This document shows positions 29,963-47,697 of a stretch of 64,000 nt of DNA, one piece after another. Each line of letters begins with the position of its first letter. Within the stretch, counting starts at the first letter, position 1. A model generated the notes under the pieces. It searched no databases. It was not told the DNA's origin and saw nothing but the letters and a program-made list of their open reading frames with translations. Source of the DNA: Escherichia phage PE37; sequence record NC_054929.1; one strand, 5' to 3'. A program made the position numbers and the translations under genes.

Positions 29963-30772
29963 TTAGAAACGAGATGCGACTTTCGCATATACACTTACAA
30001 TATCTTCTGCACCTTGCGCAGATTTATCTTCTACAGCTTCAGTGACGAAATTCAGTCCGGCTGCTTCAGTATCAGGAGTATTTATATTCTCAGTAATAGT
30101 GCTTTCATCTTTATTAGATTTCTTCACCATTTCTACGATAGCACTCAATTTGCTTGAGAATGCATCTGAATAATCAATACCTTCGACCAGAGCAGAGACT
30201 TTTTCTTTTTGAGACTCAGTCAGATCTTTAGTACTTTCGCTCAATGCCACTTCACGCTGCACATAATTGATATATGCGTCACGCTTATTGAGTTCTTCGA
30301 ACAGACGAGCTGATTCTTCTTTATGTTCTTGCAGTTCTTCTTCCATTTCAGCTACAACATCAACTGATTCTTCTGGAACAACAACGTTGTGTTCAACGAA
30401 GAGCTCTTTCAATCCACCAAGCATGGATTCAAACAGTTCGGCTTTGATACCTTTATCTACTGCTAATTTATTTTCAGTGAGCCATTCTTTTGCAAGATGG
30501 TCAAGGAATTTAGAAGCTTGCTCAGCGATTTTCTTCTCAGCTTTTTCTTCTGCTTCTTCTTTATTTTTTTCTACTTCTTCTTCTGCTTTTTCAGCAATTT
30601 TAGCGATATGAGATTCAGCTAATTTAACGGCGTGCTGCTTGACGGTAGCTTCGAATACAGTGCCGAAAGTTTCTTTTGCTTCCGGAGAAATATTAACTGA
30701 TTCGAAAATACTATCAAGAGCAACGGAAGCATCAATTTTCTGCGCTTCGGCAATCAGTTGTTCTTTAAGCAT
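29963..30772 (-). CDS. 22: prohead core scaffold protein
   Basis: 269 aa; Glu/Lys-rich coiled coil; late promoter at 30800-30807. Confidence 0.85.
   Translation of the reverse strand: MLKEQLIAEAQKIDASVALDSIFESVNISPEAKETFGTVFEATVKQHAVKLAESHIAKIAEKAEEEVEKNKEEAEEKAEKKIAEQASKFLDHLAKEWLTENKLAVDKGIKAELFESMLGGLKELFVEHNVVVPEESVDVVAEMEEELQEHKEESARLFEELNKRDAYINYVQREVALSESTKDLTESQKEKVSALVEGIDYSDAFSSKLSAIVEMVKKSNKDESTITENINTPDTEAAGLNFVTEAVEDKSAQGAEDIVSVYAKVASRF
30079..30086 (-). promoter_or_regulatory. late promoter candidate TATAAATA inside gene 22 3' region (gene 23)
   Basis: exact 8-mer on minus strand about 135 nt upstream of gene 23 ATG. Confidence 0.45.
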
Positions 30773-30799
30773 TTTGTAGTCCTGTTGTTTAGATAATAA

Positions 30800-30807
30800 T
30801 ATTTATA
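30800..30807 (-). promoter_or_regulatory. late promoter TATAAATA (gene 22)
   Basis: exact 8-mer on minus strand 28 nt upstream of gene 22 ATG, overlapping gene 21 stop. Confidence 0.7.
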
Positions 30808-31441
30808 ACGCTTTTTTCATGGCCTCTGCGAGAGCCATATAGGCGTCATCGGCACTTGTATCGGCTTCAGCCGTCTGTGATTCTGTAATTTCCTTAGGAG
30901 TTACCCATGCATCTGGAGCACTTGGACCCCATACTGCATCAACACCTACAGTTAATTTGAATCCTTCGTTTACGATACGATAACCTTTATTTGTGTCAGT
31001 CAATGAACCTAATCCACGAGAAGAAACTCCTGGAATCCATCCGGCACGAATATTAGCTGCTAATTTATCTCCAGGACCATGGTCACCTTCAATAACACGA
31101 GCTCGTCCGTATACGTCATTTCCTTTCCACCACATATCTTCTATAATGATAGCGGCTTGCATCGGGTCAACATTAGCGCGTGGAGGATGATTTAATTCTC
31201 CGAGAGCTTGTTTAGTTAAAACTTGCTCATTAATATAGTCTTTTACCGCTTTTTCTAATATACGTTTTGGATAAAGACGTTTATTTCTATTGACGACTTC
31301 TGCTTGCATGAATATTCCTTCGATGTATAAACCAGGTTTTAAACCTAAGTCTTTCCCATCATGGGATTCAAGCATTGGCACACCATCAATAATTTCGCCA
31401 GGTTGACCCCAAGTTTCAATTAGCAATTGGGGTTCATTCAT
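30803..31441 (-). CDS. 21: prohead core protein / prohead protease
   Basis: 212 aa; synteny between genes 22 and 68. Confidence 0.9.
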   Translation of the reverse strand: MNEPQLLIETWGQPGEIIDGVPMLESHDGKDLGLKPGLYIEGIFMQAEVVNRNKRLYPKRILEKAVKDYINEQVLTKQALGELNHPPRANVDPMQAAIIIEDMWWKGNDVYGRARVIEGDHGPGDKLAANIRAGWIPGVSSRGLGSLTDTNKGYRIVNEGFKLTVGVDAVWGPSAPDAWVTPKEITESQTAEADTSADDAYMALAEAMKKAL

Positions 31442-31866
31442 TAGCTTAATCCTAATGCTTTACGGCGTTTAAGAGCTTTTTTACGCTTACGCTGAGCACG
31501 AGATTGACCTGCTGGATTGGCAATCTTCGTTTTGGTAGCTTTACGAGCAATTTGTCTACGTTTTGCTTTAGACAACCCGGTAGTTTGAAATGCATTACGT
31601 TCGCGGGTTTTGCGATCTTTAGTGCGAGTAATTTCACCACGGGCAGAAACATGTTTAACAATAAATTCATTTAACGGCATATTTTCATTAATAGAAGCTA
31701 ATGCAACCGCTAAATCAGTTTCATCATCAAGCATATTCTCGATAATTTTATTTATATCGTCTTTATTTAAAGCAGAAGACAACTCGTCAAAGCGACCCTG
31801 TGCTTCAGGAATAAGTGCTTCGACATTCTCGAGAACTAATTCATGAGTTTCAGGGATTAGAATCAT
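31441..31866 (-). CDS. 68: prohead core protein
   Basis: 141 aa; synteny. Confidence 0.75.
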   Translation of the reverse strand: MILIPETHELVLENVEALIPEAQGRFDELSSALNKDDINKIIENMLDDETDLAVALASINENMPLNEFIVKHVSARGEITRTKDRKTRERNAFQTTGLSKAKRRQIARKATKTKIANPAGQSRAQRKRKKALKRRKALGLS

Positions 31867-32100
31867 TATTCATCATCCTCGTCTTCGTCAGAGTCTTTGT
31901 CTTTTTGTCGTCTTTATCATCATCGCTATCTTCGTCGTCATCCTCGTCATCAGGTTCTTCACCCTCGATTAAGAAATTACGAGCGATAGTGATTTTTTCT
32001 TCTTTGATTAAATCAGTCGTTCTTGCAGCCATGGCTTCAGCAAATAATTTACGAGCGGCTACGAGGTCGTTTGATTTAATAGCTTCAATTAAACCTTCCA

Positions 32101-32101
<1 letters not shown>
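31850..32101 (-). CDS. 67: prohead core protein gp67 (3' end shows a frame anomaly)
   Basis: N-terminal 67 aa typical, then the acidic tract leaves the reading frame at an A5 run; see findings. Confidence 0.7.
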
Positions 32102-33726
<1,625 letters not shown>

Positions 33727-33735
33727 TTAAGCAGG

Positions 33736-33753
33736 ATGGGGATTTCTCCCCAT
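33736..33753 (-). terminator. hairpin after gene 19
   Basis: ATGGGGA-TTTC-TCCCCAT between gene 19 stop and gene 20 late promoter. Confidence 0.5.
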
Positions 33754-33758
33754 TCATT

Positions 33759-34250
33759 TTATTCCCAATAATCGAGAGCAAGAGTTACTTCAAATGTTTG
33801 GATTTCATTGTTTGAATCCCAATCTAATTGAAGTTCACCCACGTTAGTAGGCCACAGACCTTTAATTTCAATTTCTTTTGTTACTGTTTTAGCGTCACGA
33901 GCATATTGACGAACGATAGCGCTCTTTTTATACTCTGCAGGTTTTCCACCAGTAATTTCGTTTCCTTGTCCTGCAGCAATGCTTTGCCAATCAACAAACT
34001 TCTGGCGAGCATCATGAGCTTCATCGTTCATTACTGTAACAGTCCAGTCATCGAATGTACGATCACCTGCTACGTTAATTTTACGGTTCATAAATCCGAC
34101 TGGAATTTTTTCTACAATACCAGCTGGTAAAGCAGTGGCTTTACATTGAAACGTAAAATTTTGTCCAAGATAAGAAATTTCTACTTGGAATAAGTTAGGT
34201 CGCGCAAAATCACCAGATTCAAACGCTCGTGTTACATCATCTACAAACAT
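33759..34250 (-). CDS. 19: tail tube protein
   Basis: 163 aa; late promoter at 34265-34272. Confidence 0.9.
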   Translation of the reverse strand: MFVDDVTRAFESGDFARPNLFQVEISYLGQNFTFQCKATALPAGIVEKIPVGFMNRKINVAGDRTFDDWTVTVMNDEAHDARQKFVDWQSIAAGQGNEITGGKPAEYKKSAIVRQYARDAKTVTKEIEIKGLWPTNVGELQLDWDSNNEIQTFEVTLALDYWE

Positions 34251-34264
34251 ATTAGCCTCTGTAG

Positions 34265-34272
34265 TATTTATA
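34265..34272 (-). promoter_or_regulatory. late promoter TATAAATA (gene 19)
   Basis: exact 8-mer on minus strand 15 nt upstream of gene 19 ATG with GAGG RBS. Confidence 0.7.
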
Positions 34273-34323
34273 TCCCTATGTTTAACCTAGGGCATATAGA
34301 ATTAAAGAATTAAGGATATAGTG

Positions 34324-34331
34324 TATTTATA
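34324..34331 (-). promoter_or_regulatory. second late promoter motif after gene 18 hairpin
   Basis: exact 8-mer on minus strand immediately after hairpin 34333-34350. Confidence 0.5.
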
Positions 34332-34332
34332 T

Positions 34333-34350
34333 GGCCTGCCGAAACAGGCC
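34333..34350 (-). terminator. hairpin after gene 18
   Basis: GGCCTG-CCGAAA-CAGGCC between gene 18 stop and late promoter motifs. Confidence 0.5.
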
Positions 34351-34366
34351 TTTAGAATGCACCGTA

Positions 34367-36346
34367 TTAACCTGCAAGACCAGTTAACTCATCGAAATCT
34401 GCACCGGTAGCAGTTGCTACGAAGTTTAAGGTAATGTAGTTAATGCTTCTAGCCGGTTGGATGTAGAATGTTGCAACAAACTCATTTCTATCAATTACTG
34501 ACGGAGTGTTATTTGTTGTATCGCAAACTACACGATATTCATAAATTCCACCGAGAGCTTTAATTCCCTGTAAGTACTGGGCAGTTTCTGTGCGGAATGA
34601 TGAACGAGTAAACGCATTGTTTAATTCGAACAAACGATATTTTGAACTACGTCCGATATTCGTTTTCAACATATTAAACAGACGACGAACGTTAATACGA
34701 TCAAACGGAGAAGGAACAGAAGTAGCTGTTTTATCACCATACAATACGTAACCATCACCACCTGTACCAGTTACCGGGTTGATAGCTTCTTGGTATAAAC
34801 GGTCGCGCTGAGCCTGGCGAGTTTCAATAGCAAGTTTAATAACGTTAAGAATCTGGCCACGATTATAACCAGCTGGAGACATCCAAGTCTGAGAAACGTT
34901 ATCGGTTCTCGCGCATAAACCAGCAATATCAGCTGCTAATGGAACCCAACGATTCACATCATTATATTTGTCATACTGATATTTGTAGTTGCCATCGATT
35001 GCTGCATAGGTTGAACTGATATTAAAGTTATTATCAGTGTATGAACCTGCTGCAGTTCTCCAATTGACTAAGTTATCAACAGCACGAGTTACAGGAATTC
35101 CAACTACAGTTTCACGTGGTGGTGAGCACAATACTAAGCAATCTTGACGAGCATCCCCAATTGAAACGACGTGTTTTTGGACAGTAGATGCTGTTTCTAA
35201 AGATTCACCGGCACAAGAACCCGCAATAAACAGTTGAACGTCAACAGATTCGCGGTCAGCAAAGAAGTCCCAAGCTTCCATCAAATCTCCTGCTGTTACT
35301 TCAGCATTTGATGATAATCCACCAGACAGAGTTAAAATTCCAGAGAAGCCTTCTGGCCAGTTTTGTGCAGTTGCAAAAATATATTCTGAACCACCTTTTG
35401 CGAAAAAGTCATCGATATAGATGTTACTATCGTAAATATCTTTTTCACCACGCTTAGTTGAAAGAACAACGCTTTGAACAATAGCATCATTACGACGAAC
35501 TATAATAGCGTACTGTGAATCAGTTTGTGGTCCATATCCAAACACTGCTTTAGCAGTAGATGCACGAGTACCACCACCTGGATAAATTGGGAGTAATGCA
35601 GAAGCTCCTTTTGCATAGTCAGCTTTAGATACGATTTCAATTTCAATTTTATCGCCTAATTCGCCTGGATAAAGAGCTACTACTCCTGGAATTCCGTATT
35701 TTTCGAGATTTGCTTGAAAGTCAACCGCTGTCATAGCAGCTTCAGCATTTTCAATTTCAGCTAATAAAATACCAGAATCAGTAATAATTTTTCCGAGAGT
35801 TATTACTGCAGCTAAACCAGAGGAAGATGAAGAAATTTCCGCAGTCCAGTTAGAACCTAGTGTTGGATATTCACCGACTTCTTTCGCTTTAGCGATAATT
35901 TTTGCAGTAGGAATATTAATTTTCTTGATTTTTCCATCTGCGTCTACTTCAGTAATTTTACCTTCAGTTTCAATATCATCTGAAACATATTTGACCGTGA
36001 TTTTATCTCCAACTGCATAGTTACTACCTGGGGTAGAAATTGTGTATTCAATATTACCAGCAATCGGAGATGAGTTTTTAGCGGTATCTCTATCAACAGC
36101 ACGAACTACTCGTAAGTCATTTCCGTACTGCAAGAAATTCATCGCAGACATAAAATAGTCAGCAGTTTCAGCTGTTGGTTGACCAAAAGTATTAACTAAA
36201 TCTACTTCATTTGTAACCTGTTTAATCTGAAAAGCAGGACCCCACTGGAATTTACCGGCCAAAGCTGCTGTACCAGTAGAGTTATTAACCACGGTGCTTT
36301 GAACCGTAGTTTCTTTGAGCTCAATGCCCGGAGATAATAAAGTCAT
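34367..36346 (-). CDS. 18: tail sheath protein
   Basis: 659 aa; late promoter at 36375-36382. Confidence 0.9.
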   Translation of the reverse strand: MTLLSPGIELKETTVQSTVVNNSTGTAALAGKFQWGPAFQIKQVTNEVDLVNTFGQPTAETADYFMSAMNFLQYGNDLRVVRAVDRDTAKNSSPIAGNIEYTISTPGSNYAVGDKITVKYVSDDIETEGKITEVDADGKIKKINIPTAKIIAKAKEVGEYPTLGSNWTAEISSSSSGLAAVITLGKIITDSGILLAEIENAEAAMTAVDFQANLEKYGIPGVVALYPGELGDKIEIEIVSKADYAKGASALLPIYPGGGTRASTAKAVFGYGPQTDSQYAIIVRRNDAIVQSVVLSTKRGEKDIYDSNIYIDDFFAKGGSEYIFATAQNWPEGFSGILTLSGGLSSNAEVTAGDLMEAWDFFADRESVDVQLFIAGSCAGESLETASTVQKHVVSIGDARQDCLVLCSPPRETVVGIPVTRAVDNLVNWRTAAGSYTDNNFNISSTYAAIDGNYKYQYDKYNDVNRWVPLAADIAGLCARTDNVSQTWMSPAGYNRGQILNVIKLAIETRQAQRDRLYQEAINPVTGTGGDGYVLYGDKTATSVPSPFDRINVRRLFNMLKTNIGRSSKYRLFELNNAFTRSSFRTETAQYLQGIKALGGIYEYRVVCDTTNNTPSVIDRNEFVATFYIQPARSINYITLNFVATATGADFDELTGLAG

Positions 36347-36374
36347 TTTTAATCCTCTTTAATATGCTTTAATA

Positions 36375-39515
<3,141 letters not shown>

Positions 39516-39556
39516 GATTTCTCCTAATCTGGGCTTTAATTAGTTTATAATATTTA

Positions 39557-41258
<1,702 letters not shown>

Positions 41259-41271
41259 TTAAAATCCTTTA

Positions 41272-41285
41272 GGGCCTTGCGGCCC
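41272..41285 (-). terminator. hairpin after wac
   Basis: GGGCC-TTGC-GGCCC immediately after wac stop. Confidence 0.5.
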
Positions 41286-41289
41286 CATG

Positions 41290-42747
41290 TTATGCTGGTG
41301 ATAAAAAGGTAGAAAGCAATACCCATTCGCCGTCTTTACGAACGTAAGCTTGACCATCTTTTGGAGCTTCAGGAATATAACCAGCTTCTTGTAAAGTCTG
41401 GACATCCCTCTGCAATGAGGACACATTACCTTTAATACTACGAATCTCTTGATTAATTGAAGAAATGTTAGTCTCATTAGCTTTTATTGAATTAGTCAAT
41501 CCGCGTTCTTCGACAGTTGAACCATTCGGATTTGTTCCATTTACTAATTTATTTAGTGTTACAACTTGCCCTTTAATTCCGGAATTGTTATTACCAATTT
41601 CAACCTGTAAGTTTTGAACATCATTGTTAAGTCTATTAACAGAGGTTTCAACAGTTGAAACTCTATTTAAAAGAGACCCCGGAGGAGAAGGTTGACCTCC
41701 GTTAGAATCAGTTCCAACTATCTGATTTAGCCATGAAACGTTAGCTCTTAAACCGGACGAGGTGTTTTCACCTACAATTCCATTTAAAGATTCAATAGAA
41801 GTGGTATTATCTTTAATTTGACCTTTAATACTAGAAGGAATATCATCTGAACCAATCGATGTTTCAATGACAGTTAATCGCTGTTTAACGCCGCCACTTT
41901 TATTTAGTTCATCATTTAAAGCTGAAATTTCTTGACTATTGACATTGACATCTGTGATTATTGAAGTATTTCCTGGATATCCAATAGAAGTTTTGATAGA
42001 TTTAATTTCGGAACTAAGATTAATCTGCGATTGATCTAAATTATGCACACGTGAATATATGCTTTCACTAAATGAAGATGGTCTTTGTCCTAATTCCTGT
42101 CTAAGATTTCCTACTTCGATTGTAAGCGAACCTACATCAGATTCAATAAATTTTTCTTCCAAATCACTTAGACGTATTCCTTGGGAAGTTATAGCATCCG
42201 TATTATTAATGATACGATGCTTCATTCCTGTGCTGCTATTTCCTACAACAGGAAGACCATTAATATCTTGTCCAGCATATTGCCCTAATTCTCTTTTAAT
42301 CCATAACAAATCATTTCGAACTGTTCTATAAACTGAATTTGCGTGTTCATTAAATGGTCCTATATCAGAAAGAATGCGGTCAACAGTGGCATTTGTACCA
42401 TTTAATATATCAGTGTGTTCATTCGTAAGCGTCTTTAAATTTGATATGTCATTTTTATTAACGCTAATCTGTGATAGTGCTTCGATATCTCCAGATACAT
42501 CCAAAATGCCTTGAATTGTTTTAATATCTTCCTGTGATGTTTCAACGGCAGTTTTAAGAATTCCTATATTTTCATCAAGAACCTCAACATTTTTAAATAC
42601 GGACACAATTGGTCTATTCATTGATCCATCGTTTCCATACTTAGTACTAGCTCCTAGTATTTCTTCACCATTTTTAATCCATGAAATACGTTCCTGACCT
42701 TCGCCAGGAACGCTATCAACAAAAGGTAAATCTTTTAATTCAATCAT
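41290..42747 (-). CDS. wac: fibritin (whisker/collar)
   Basis: 485 aa; long heptad-repeat segments; synteny. Confidence 0.8.
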   Translation of the reverse strand: MIELKDLPFVDSVPGEGQERISWIKNGEEILGASTKYGNDGSMNRPIVSVFKNVEVLDENIGILKTAVETSQEDIKTIQGILDVSGDIEALSQISVNKNDISNLKTLTNEHTDILNGTNATVDRILSDIGPFNEHANSVYRTVRNDLLWIKRELGQYAGQDINGLPVVGNSSTGMKHRIINNTDAITSQGIRLSDLEEKFIESDVGSLTIEVGNLRQELGQRPSSFSESIYSRVHNLDQSQINLSSEIKSIKTSIGYPGNTSIITDVNVNSQEISALNDELNKSGGVKQRLTVIETSIGSDDIPSSIKGQIKDNTTSIESLNGIVGENTSSGLRANVSWLNQIVGTDSNGGQPSPPGSLLNRVSTVETSVNRLNNDVQNLQVEIGNNNSGIKGQVVTLNKLVNGTNPNGSTVEERGLTNSIKANETNISSINQEIRSIKGNVSSLQRDVQTLQEAGYIPEAPKDGQAYVRKDGEWVLLSTFLSPA

Positions 42748-42756
42748 TTGTAATCC

Positions 42757-44307
42757 TTAGTAATGAATTTTAATAATATAGTTTAATGATATATTCCATG
42801 GTCTAGTTTCATAACCAATTAATCCTTCACGATTAAGTGTACCAAGGGCATCTCTCGGTCCACCTAATTCAAATCCATCATTAGTGAAGTATGAAGCATT
42901 ATCCCAGTCGGCATATTTTCTAGTTCCAAGATATCCTTGATAAACGGACGCGCCAAATGGAGCTTCATGTCTTTGGTATTCTCCCCAACCGCCAGCATGT
43001 TTATGGTATGACATCTGTTGTGCTTGAACACCGCCAACATGCATTCCGTCACATCCTACACCAAGTCTATCCTTCCCGTAACCATCTTGCCCTCGTTGAT
43101 TTAAAATATGACCACCAGTACCAGCTCCTCTGACGAAAAGACCTCGCATATCAGGAATGCCAGGATTATTCCAATCGCCACCAAATCTCGTTCCAACTGT
43201 GTTTCTATAATCAGGATATTGATCTCCTGACACAGTTCCACCATGGCACATAATCCAACCAGGAGGAGCTGAATCTCCAGCAAACATCATAATAGTTCCA
43301 ACTGGAACCCTTTCGGACGCATATCTTTCAGTGGCAACAGGTTGATCACCATTTTTCCACATACCGCCGCGCGACCAAATTCCATTTGCTGTAAGATGGT
43401 CTAAATTTAAAGAACCATTAATAGTTTGTCCACCGCGAGTATTAATTACATCTGCGTTCCATGCTAATGCTCCAGAGCTATCACCTTCAGGGGCAATACC
43501 GGCTTGCGTCGTTAATTTTACTACCCCACGCATAGAACCGGTAGCTCCTCGACCATTTAGTGTTTCACCTGTTACAGCAACATCTCCCAAATTACTGTTA
43601 ATTTCCGATTGCGTTCCTAAACGTATAACACCCTTATATTCTTGTGTTGCAACAGAATTCATAAAGGTATACGGGGAAATTGCATATCCTTCGCGAAGAG
43701 TTCCTTGACGAGTTTGAGCGACAGTTGATAACTGAACTACGCCTCTAACAGATTCTGATGCTGTGTCTTCTGAAGGAGCTATTTGCGAAATTAATTTTAT
43801 TGCAAGTTTTTGTGTTTTTAGCGGAGTCATTGCCGTAGTATCATCTACTCCAGCTAAAGCTGCAGGTGTAGATGATATTTTAATAACCCCGTTTGATGAC
43901 TCAGACGAATATCTATTTTGGAACACATCGTCAGTATGGTATTTCAGTTTTTGCGGCGTTATTGATGAATTATTATCTGAGCCTTCTAATGTTTCTTCAT
44001 TTGTTGAATAGCGCGTTAAACCATACTTAGTTTCAGTAGCATTTGGATACAATAATCTTGTTGCTAATGTAGCCGGTGTAACGATTTTAGAATTATTAGT
44101 TCCATCTAAAACCTCTTGCTCTGACGCAATCATTGCTATTCCTTTAACTTCCATAGTTGCATCAGGAATACCATTTACGCCGATATTACTTATTTTTGAT
44201 AATGCAGACTGCACTGTCGTGACAGTGTCAGGAAAATTCGATCCTGCAGGATCGAATTTAACGTATTTTGATTCATTTGATACGTGCTGATATGTATTGT
44301 TACTCAT
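42757..44307 (-). CDS. 12: short tail fibre protein
   Basis: 516 aa; synteny. Confidence 0.8.
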   Translation of the reverse strand: MSNNTYQHVSNESKYVKFDPAGSNFPDTVTTVQSALSKISNIGVNGIPDATMEVKGIAMIASEQEVLDGTNNSKIVTPATLATRLLYPNATETKYGLTRYSTNEETLEGSDNNSSITPQKLKYHTDDVFQNRYSSESSNGVIKISSTPAALAGVDDTTAMTPLKTQKLAIKLISQIAPSEDTASESVRGVVQLSTVAQTRQGTLREGYAISPYTFMNSVATQEYKGVIRLGTQSEINSNLGDVAVTGETLNGRGATGSMRGVVKLTTQAGIAPEGDSSGALAWNADVINTRGGQTINGSLNLDHLTANGIWSRGGMWKNGDQPVATERYASERVPVGTIMMFAGDSAPPGWIMCHGGTVSGDQYPDYRNTVGTRFGGDWNNPGIPDMRGLFVRGAGTGGHILNQRGQDGYGKDRLGVGCDGMHVGGVQAQQMSYHKHAGGWGEYQRHEAPFGASVYQGYLGTRKYADWDNASYFTNDGFELGGPRDALGTLNREGLIGYETRPWNISLNYIIKIHY

Positions 44308-44963
44308 GCTATTCTCTCAAAATAATAAAATACCGTAGGTTGTGTGTGACTATCTAGCGTGACAGTTTGCGCACCTAATAATTGCCAAGTTCCGTATCCA
44401 GGTTTAGAAGGAGAAATTATTTCTTGTTTGAAAGTAATTCCTTTATCAGAGTATTGTTCTAAGATATGTTCTTGGTTATCTAAATACTTAACTTGTATTT
44501 TATTTCCTACGGTAGGATGGTCTTCAAATGAATCAATTGCAATAAATTTTGCAACCATTTCCTGCAGAGCTGTTCTAACGGCACTCGTGAATTCGATTGA
44601 AGTCATTCCGTTAGTAGCTTTAACTGGAATACCAAACATGTTAACAATAACTGGGTCACCTGGTTTGGCTGAAGTATCAGTAACAGTTCCTTCAAATGAC
44701 CAGTAGTCTGTTTGCTGCACGCCAGTAGGAGATACGCCACTTATATTAACTAATACAGCTCCAACCTGTTGCTCTGCCATATTTCTAACATCATTAATAG
44801 CAGATTCTACATTTGGGTCATAAAAACCTTTTGCTATTTGTGAAATTGTTACAGCGCCTACTGGCTGATTATTCATAACCGAAATATCATTTTTCTTAGT
44901 TCTAAAACCAAGAAAATCTGCTAAGCGGGAAATAACTCCCGCTTTATTATTAAGTAAACTCAT
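44304..44963 (-). CDS. 11: baseplate wedge / short-fibre attachment protein
   Basis: Track start 44981 is TTG; ATG at 44963 gives 219 aa and a TAATG junction with gene 10 stop. Confidence 0.8.
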   Translation of the reverse strand: MSLLNNKAGVISRLADFLGFRTKKNDISVMNNQPVGAVTISQIAKGFYDPNVESAINDVRNMAEQQVGAVLVNISGVSPTGVQQTDYWSFEGTVTDTSAKPGDPVIVNMFGIPVKATNGMTSIEFTSAVRTALQEMVAKFIAIDSFEDHPTVGNKIQVKYLDNQEHILEQYSDKGITFKQEIISPSKPGYGTWQLLGAQTVTLDSHTQPTVFYYFERIA

Positions 44964-46768
44964 TATGCAATCCTTATCCAACGGTATACAGTAATAGACG
45001 GTTGAATATTACTAATATTAGCAGGAGGAGTATGTGAAGAGTTTGTTGTTGCGTAGTCTTCACGATATTTTGTATATATAGGACCAGTTTCGTCTGGGTC
45101 ATATTGACAACCTCCAATAATAACTGATCCGTTTTCATCTTCAATTAAAACTTTTTCATCAGTTTTAGTCGCAGGAAGATTTGCGTTCTCAAGTGTCACT
45201 GATGTTGTTCCAACTGTTCCACCAGCAGTATGTGAAGGATTTCCGCTAGAATCTAAATCATTGTTGTTTAATGCAAAGTTTGGATCCGTAACATCATCAT
45301 TCCATCCTACTAAAACTTGTCCTTTACCAAATAATTTCCATGAACCAAATCCCATATAAGTTACTGGATTATTTGGGTTTATAGCATTTTCATAAATTGA
45401 ACCAATGGGATAAATGCTATCGAAAATAGATGATATTGAATTATACGTTCTAGTATAAGAATCAACTTTTTCAACATTTGGCCAACCGATTTTATCAAAA
45501 TCAGTTAAGGCTACATCACCAGTAACTTCAGTAGATGATCCTTTGCTAACATAGCGTTCATCAGTTAATTCAATAATGTCATCTTTTTCCAAAAGAGTTC
45601 CTAAATCATTATTGAACCACGTTATAACGATTATATCGCCTGATTCAAATTTTCTATCAAATAAAAGACTGATCGGTTTTCCATCTTCATATTCTATAGA
45701 ATAATCTGTGTTTGATTCTTTCCATTCACCGCCAAGAGATATACATCCTTCTTGCGTATCTGAATTAGCACCTTCACACAAAAACAGAGGATATCCGGCT
45801 GTTCCAGCTTGTTGTTGTAAAATTCCATTAAAACGAACTTCAAGAGAATTAGGATTAATAGGTTCTCCAGGAATTAATCCAAATGCAGAGAATGGAATTG
45901 ATTTCATTGTTGATAAATCAGTAACGTAAATACTTCCTTCTAAAGAAGTTTTTGACGTTAATTTTGAATCTAATACTTTTATTTGGCGTCTTGTATATGA
46001 ACTTCTCCATTGTGATACACCATCCATAAATGTTTCAATTTGAACAGTGTCACCAATATTACAAGGCTGTCTTAACCTAATATTAAATCCATCAAGAGGA
46101 ATCAATTCTCCTTCATTTTCCCCAGGAGAGCCAAAGTCACTGTTTTCACTAAATACATCGCCATAATATAATTCATTACCGCGGTGTTTTACTCGGATGT
46201 TATTAACATTATAGCTAGTTCCACGGAAAACATCTAAAAAGTCTGTTTGTCCTTGAACTTCGACTAAAAATTCTTTACGTGCTACATTACTAATATCTGA
46301 ACTAATAATTTTGTCAATTTGTTTGTTTTTGACATATTCCCAACGTCCTGGAGCACAATAAACTAATTCTAAATCGCTAAATTGAACATTAATTTCAACT
46401 GATGACGATGATCCTTTAATAGTATCACCAGAAGCGGCTACTAGAGTAACTGGATTAACATTCCATGTTGCAAATACATCCCTAGCTCTAATTACTTTAT
46501 TATAATCATTAACAGTTCCTTTAGGAAGTTGCAGTGTTACTCTTCCAGACGAAGTATTAATAGCGTATGATTTTCCCCATTCAGCTTTTAATGTTTGCCC
46601 AGATGAAGCATTATAAGTTTTCCAAGCACCGGCTGAATATGGAACATTACCATCACCAAGTTCATAATAAAGCTCATCAAAGTTTTCATTTATTTTTATA
46701 CCACCTTTACGCAGGTAGTCACCGGTACCATCATCTACAACATTACCGATATTAATATTTTGTTTCAT
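44963..46768 (-). CDS. 10: baseplate wedge subunit and tail pin
   Basis: 601 aa; synteny. Confidence 0.8.
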   Translation of the reverse strand: MKQNINIGNVVDDGTGDYLRKGGIKINENFDELYYELGDGNVPYSAGAWKTYNASSGQTLKAEWGKSYAINTSSGRVTLQLPKGTVNDYNKVIRARDVFATWNVNPVTLVAASGDTIKGSSSSVEINVQFSDLELVYCAPGRWEYVKNKQIDKIISSDISNVARKEFLVEVQGQTDFLDVFRGTSYNVNNIRVKHRGNELYYGDVFSENSDFGSPGENEGELIPLDGFNIRLRQPCNIGDTVQIETFMDGVSQWRSSYTRRQIKVLDSKLTSKTSLEGSIYVTDLSTMKSIPFSAFGLIPGEPINPNSLEVRFNGILQQQAGTAGYPLFLCEGANSDTQEGCISLGGEWKESNTDYSIEYEDGKPISLLFDRKFESGDIIVITWFNNDLGTLLEKDDIIELTDERYVSKGSSTEVTGDVALTDFDKIGWPNVEKVDSYTRTYNSISSIFDSIYPIGSIYENAINPNNPVTYMGFGSWKLFGKGQVLVGWNDDVTDPNFALNNNDLDSSGNPSHTAGGTVGTTSVTLENANLPATKTDEKVLIEDENGSVIIGGCQYDPDETGPIYTKYREDYATTNSSHTPPANISNIQPSITVYRWIRIA

Positions 46769-47634
46769 TATTGAGCCACCCCGATTTTCTGCGTAGCGAT
46801 AACTTTAACTGCTGCTCTCATACCGACAGTTGAAGAACTTATAGTCGCCGTTACGTAATTTTCTTTAATACTAAATGCAATATTAGCGATTTCGTCTTCT
46901 TCGGTTTCATTCCCAACTCGCATGACAGCATATTCAGAAGAAATGACCTCTGAATTAACAGTATCCACAAGAATATTTATTTCTGCTGTTTTAATTTTTC
47001 TTCCATCTACTGATTGGCACGTAACTAGCAATTTAGCCATATTGTATTCAGTGCGATGAAATAGTGGAATGTCAACTGATTCAGATGTAGAAATATTCCA
47101 TGTACCTTCAGCTGGTGATTCCTTTTGCCCAAACATACTTTCAATAGAATAATTCCAAACCGACGTAGAATTATCAGATGAAATACAACGTAAAGTAACT
47201 TTACTATATGGACTAGTTACTACTAAATTACCTGAAACGCCTTTAATTGAATCAATAGCTTGAATCGTTAAAGGATTAGTAACTGATATTGATCCATTCG
47301 AGTTAATAAATTCAACACAGTCGCCAAGTTCGCCTCTTTCAATGATAACTTTAACACCTACGGTAGAAGTATCAATATCATGTCTAGTGCCAACTTTTAC
47401 TGGAGTTGCGTACTCCGCGATAGAGTGTTTTTGATAATATCCAGTAGCATGGATAATTTGACCATCAGCTCCAGTGCCATTTGCTACTGCCATTTTACGT
47501 TGATCGCCAAACGCGTTATAAATTGCGTTAAAATCACTATTAATTTTATTACCACCGTCGAATAAGATATCACCAGTAGAAGCGTTACCAATTTCGCCGG
47601 TATCAATCAATTTCTTTGGTTCTTGAATGAACAT
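46768..47634 (-). CDS. 9: baseplate wedge / long-fibre socket protein
   Basis: 288 aa; late promoter at 47659-47666. Confidence 0.8.
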   Translation of the reverse strand: MFIQEPKKLIDTGEIGNASTGDILFDGGNKINSDFNAIYNAFGDQRKMAVANGTGADGQIIHATGYYQKHSIAEYATPVKVGTRHDIDTSTVGVKVIIERGELGDCVEFINSNGSISVTNPLTIQAIDSIKGVSGNLVVTSPYSKVTLRCISSDNSTSVWNYSIESMFGQKESPAEGTWNISTSESVDIPLFHRTEYNMAKLLVTCQSVDGRKIKTAEINILVDTVNSEVISSEYAVMRVGNETEEDEIANIAFSIKENYVTATISSSTVGMRAAVKVIATQKIGVAQ

Positions 47635-47658
47635 AGCGGTTTCCTTATGAGTTTATAG

Positions 47659-47666
47659 TATTTATA
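47659..47666 (-). promoter_or_regulatory. late promoter TATAAATA (gene 9)
   Basis: exact 8-mer on minus strand 25 nt upstream of gene 9 ATG. Confidence 0.7.
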
Positions 47667-47674
47667 AAGAAAAA

Positions 47675-47692
47675 GGGAGCCCATGGGCTCCC
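47675..47692. terminator. palindromic hairpin after gene 8
   Basis: GGGAGCCC-AT-GGGCTCCC; T-rich on minus side before gene 9 late promoter. Confidence 0.6.
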
Positions 47693-47697
47693 TTAAT

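Noticed and set aside
34324-34350. Possible divergent or antisense promoter inside the gene 18-19 junction
   Set aside because: Both TATAAATA motifs are on the minus strand and read toward gene 19; best explained as terminator plus tandem late promoters, not antisense transcription.
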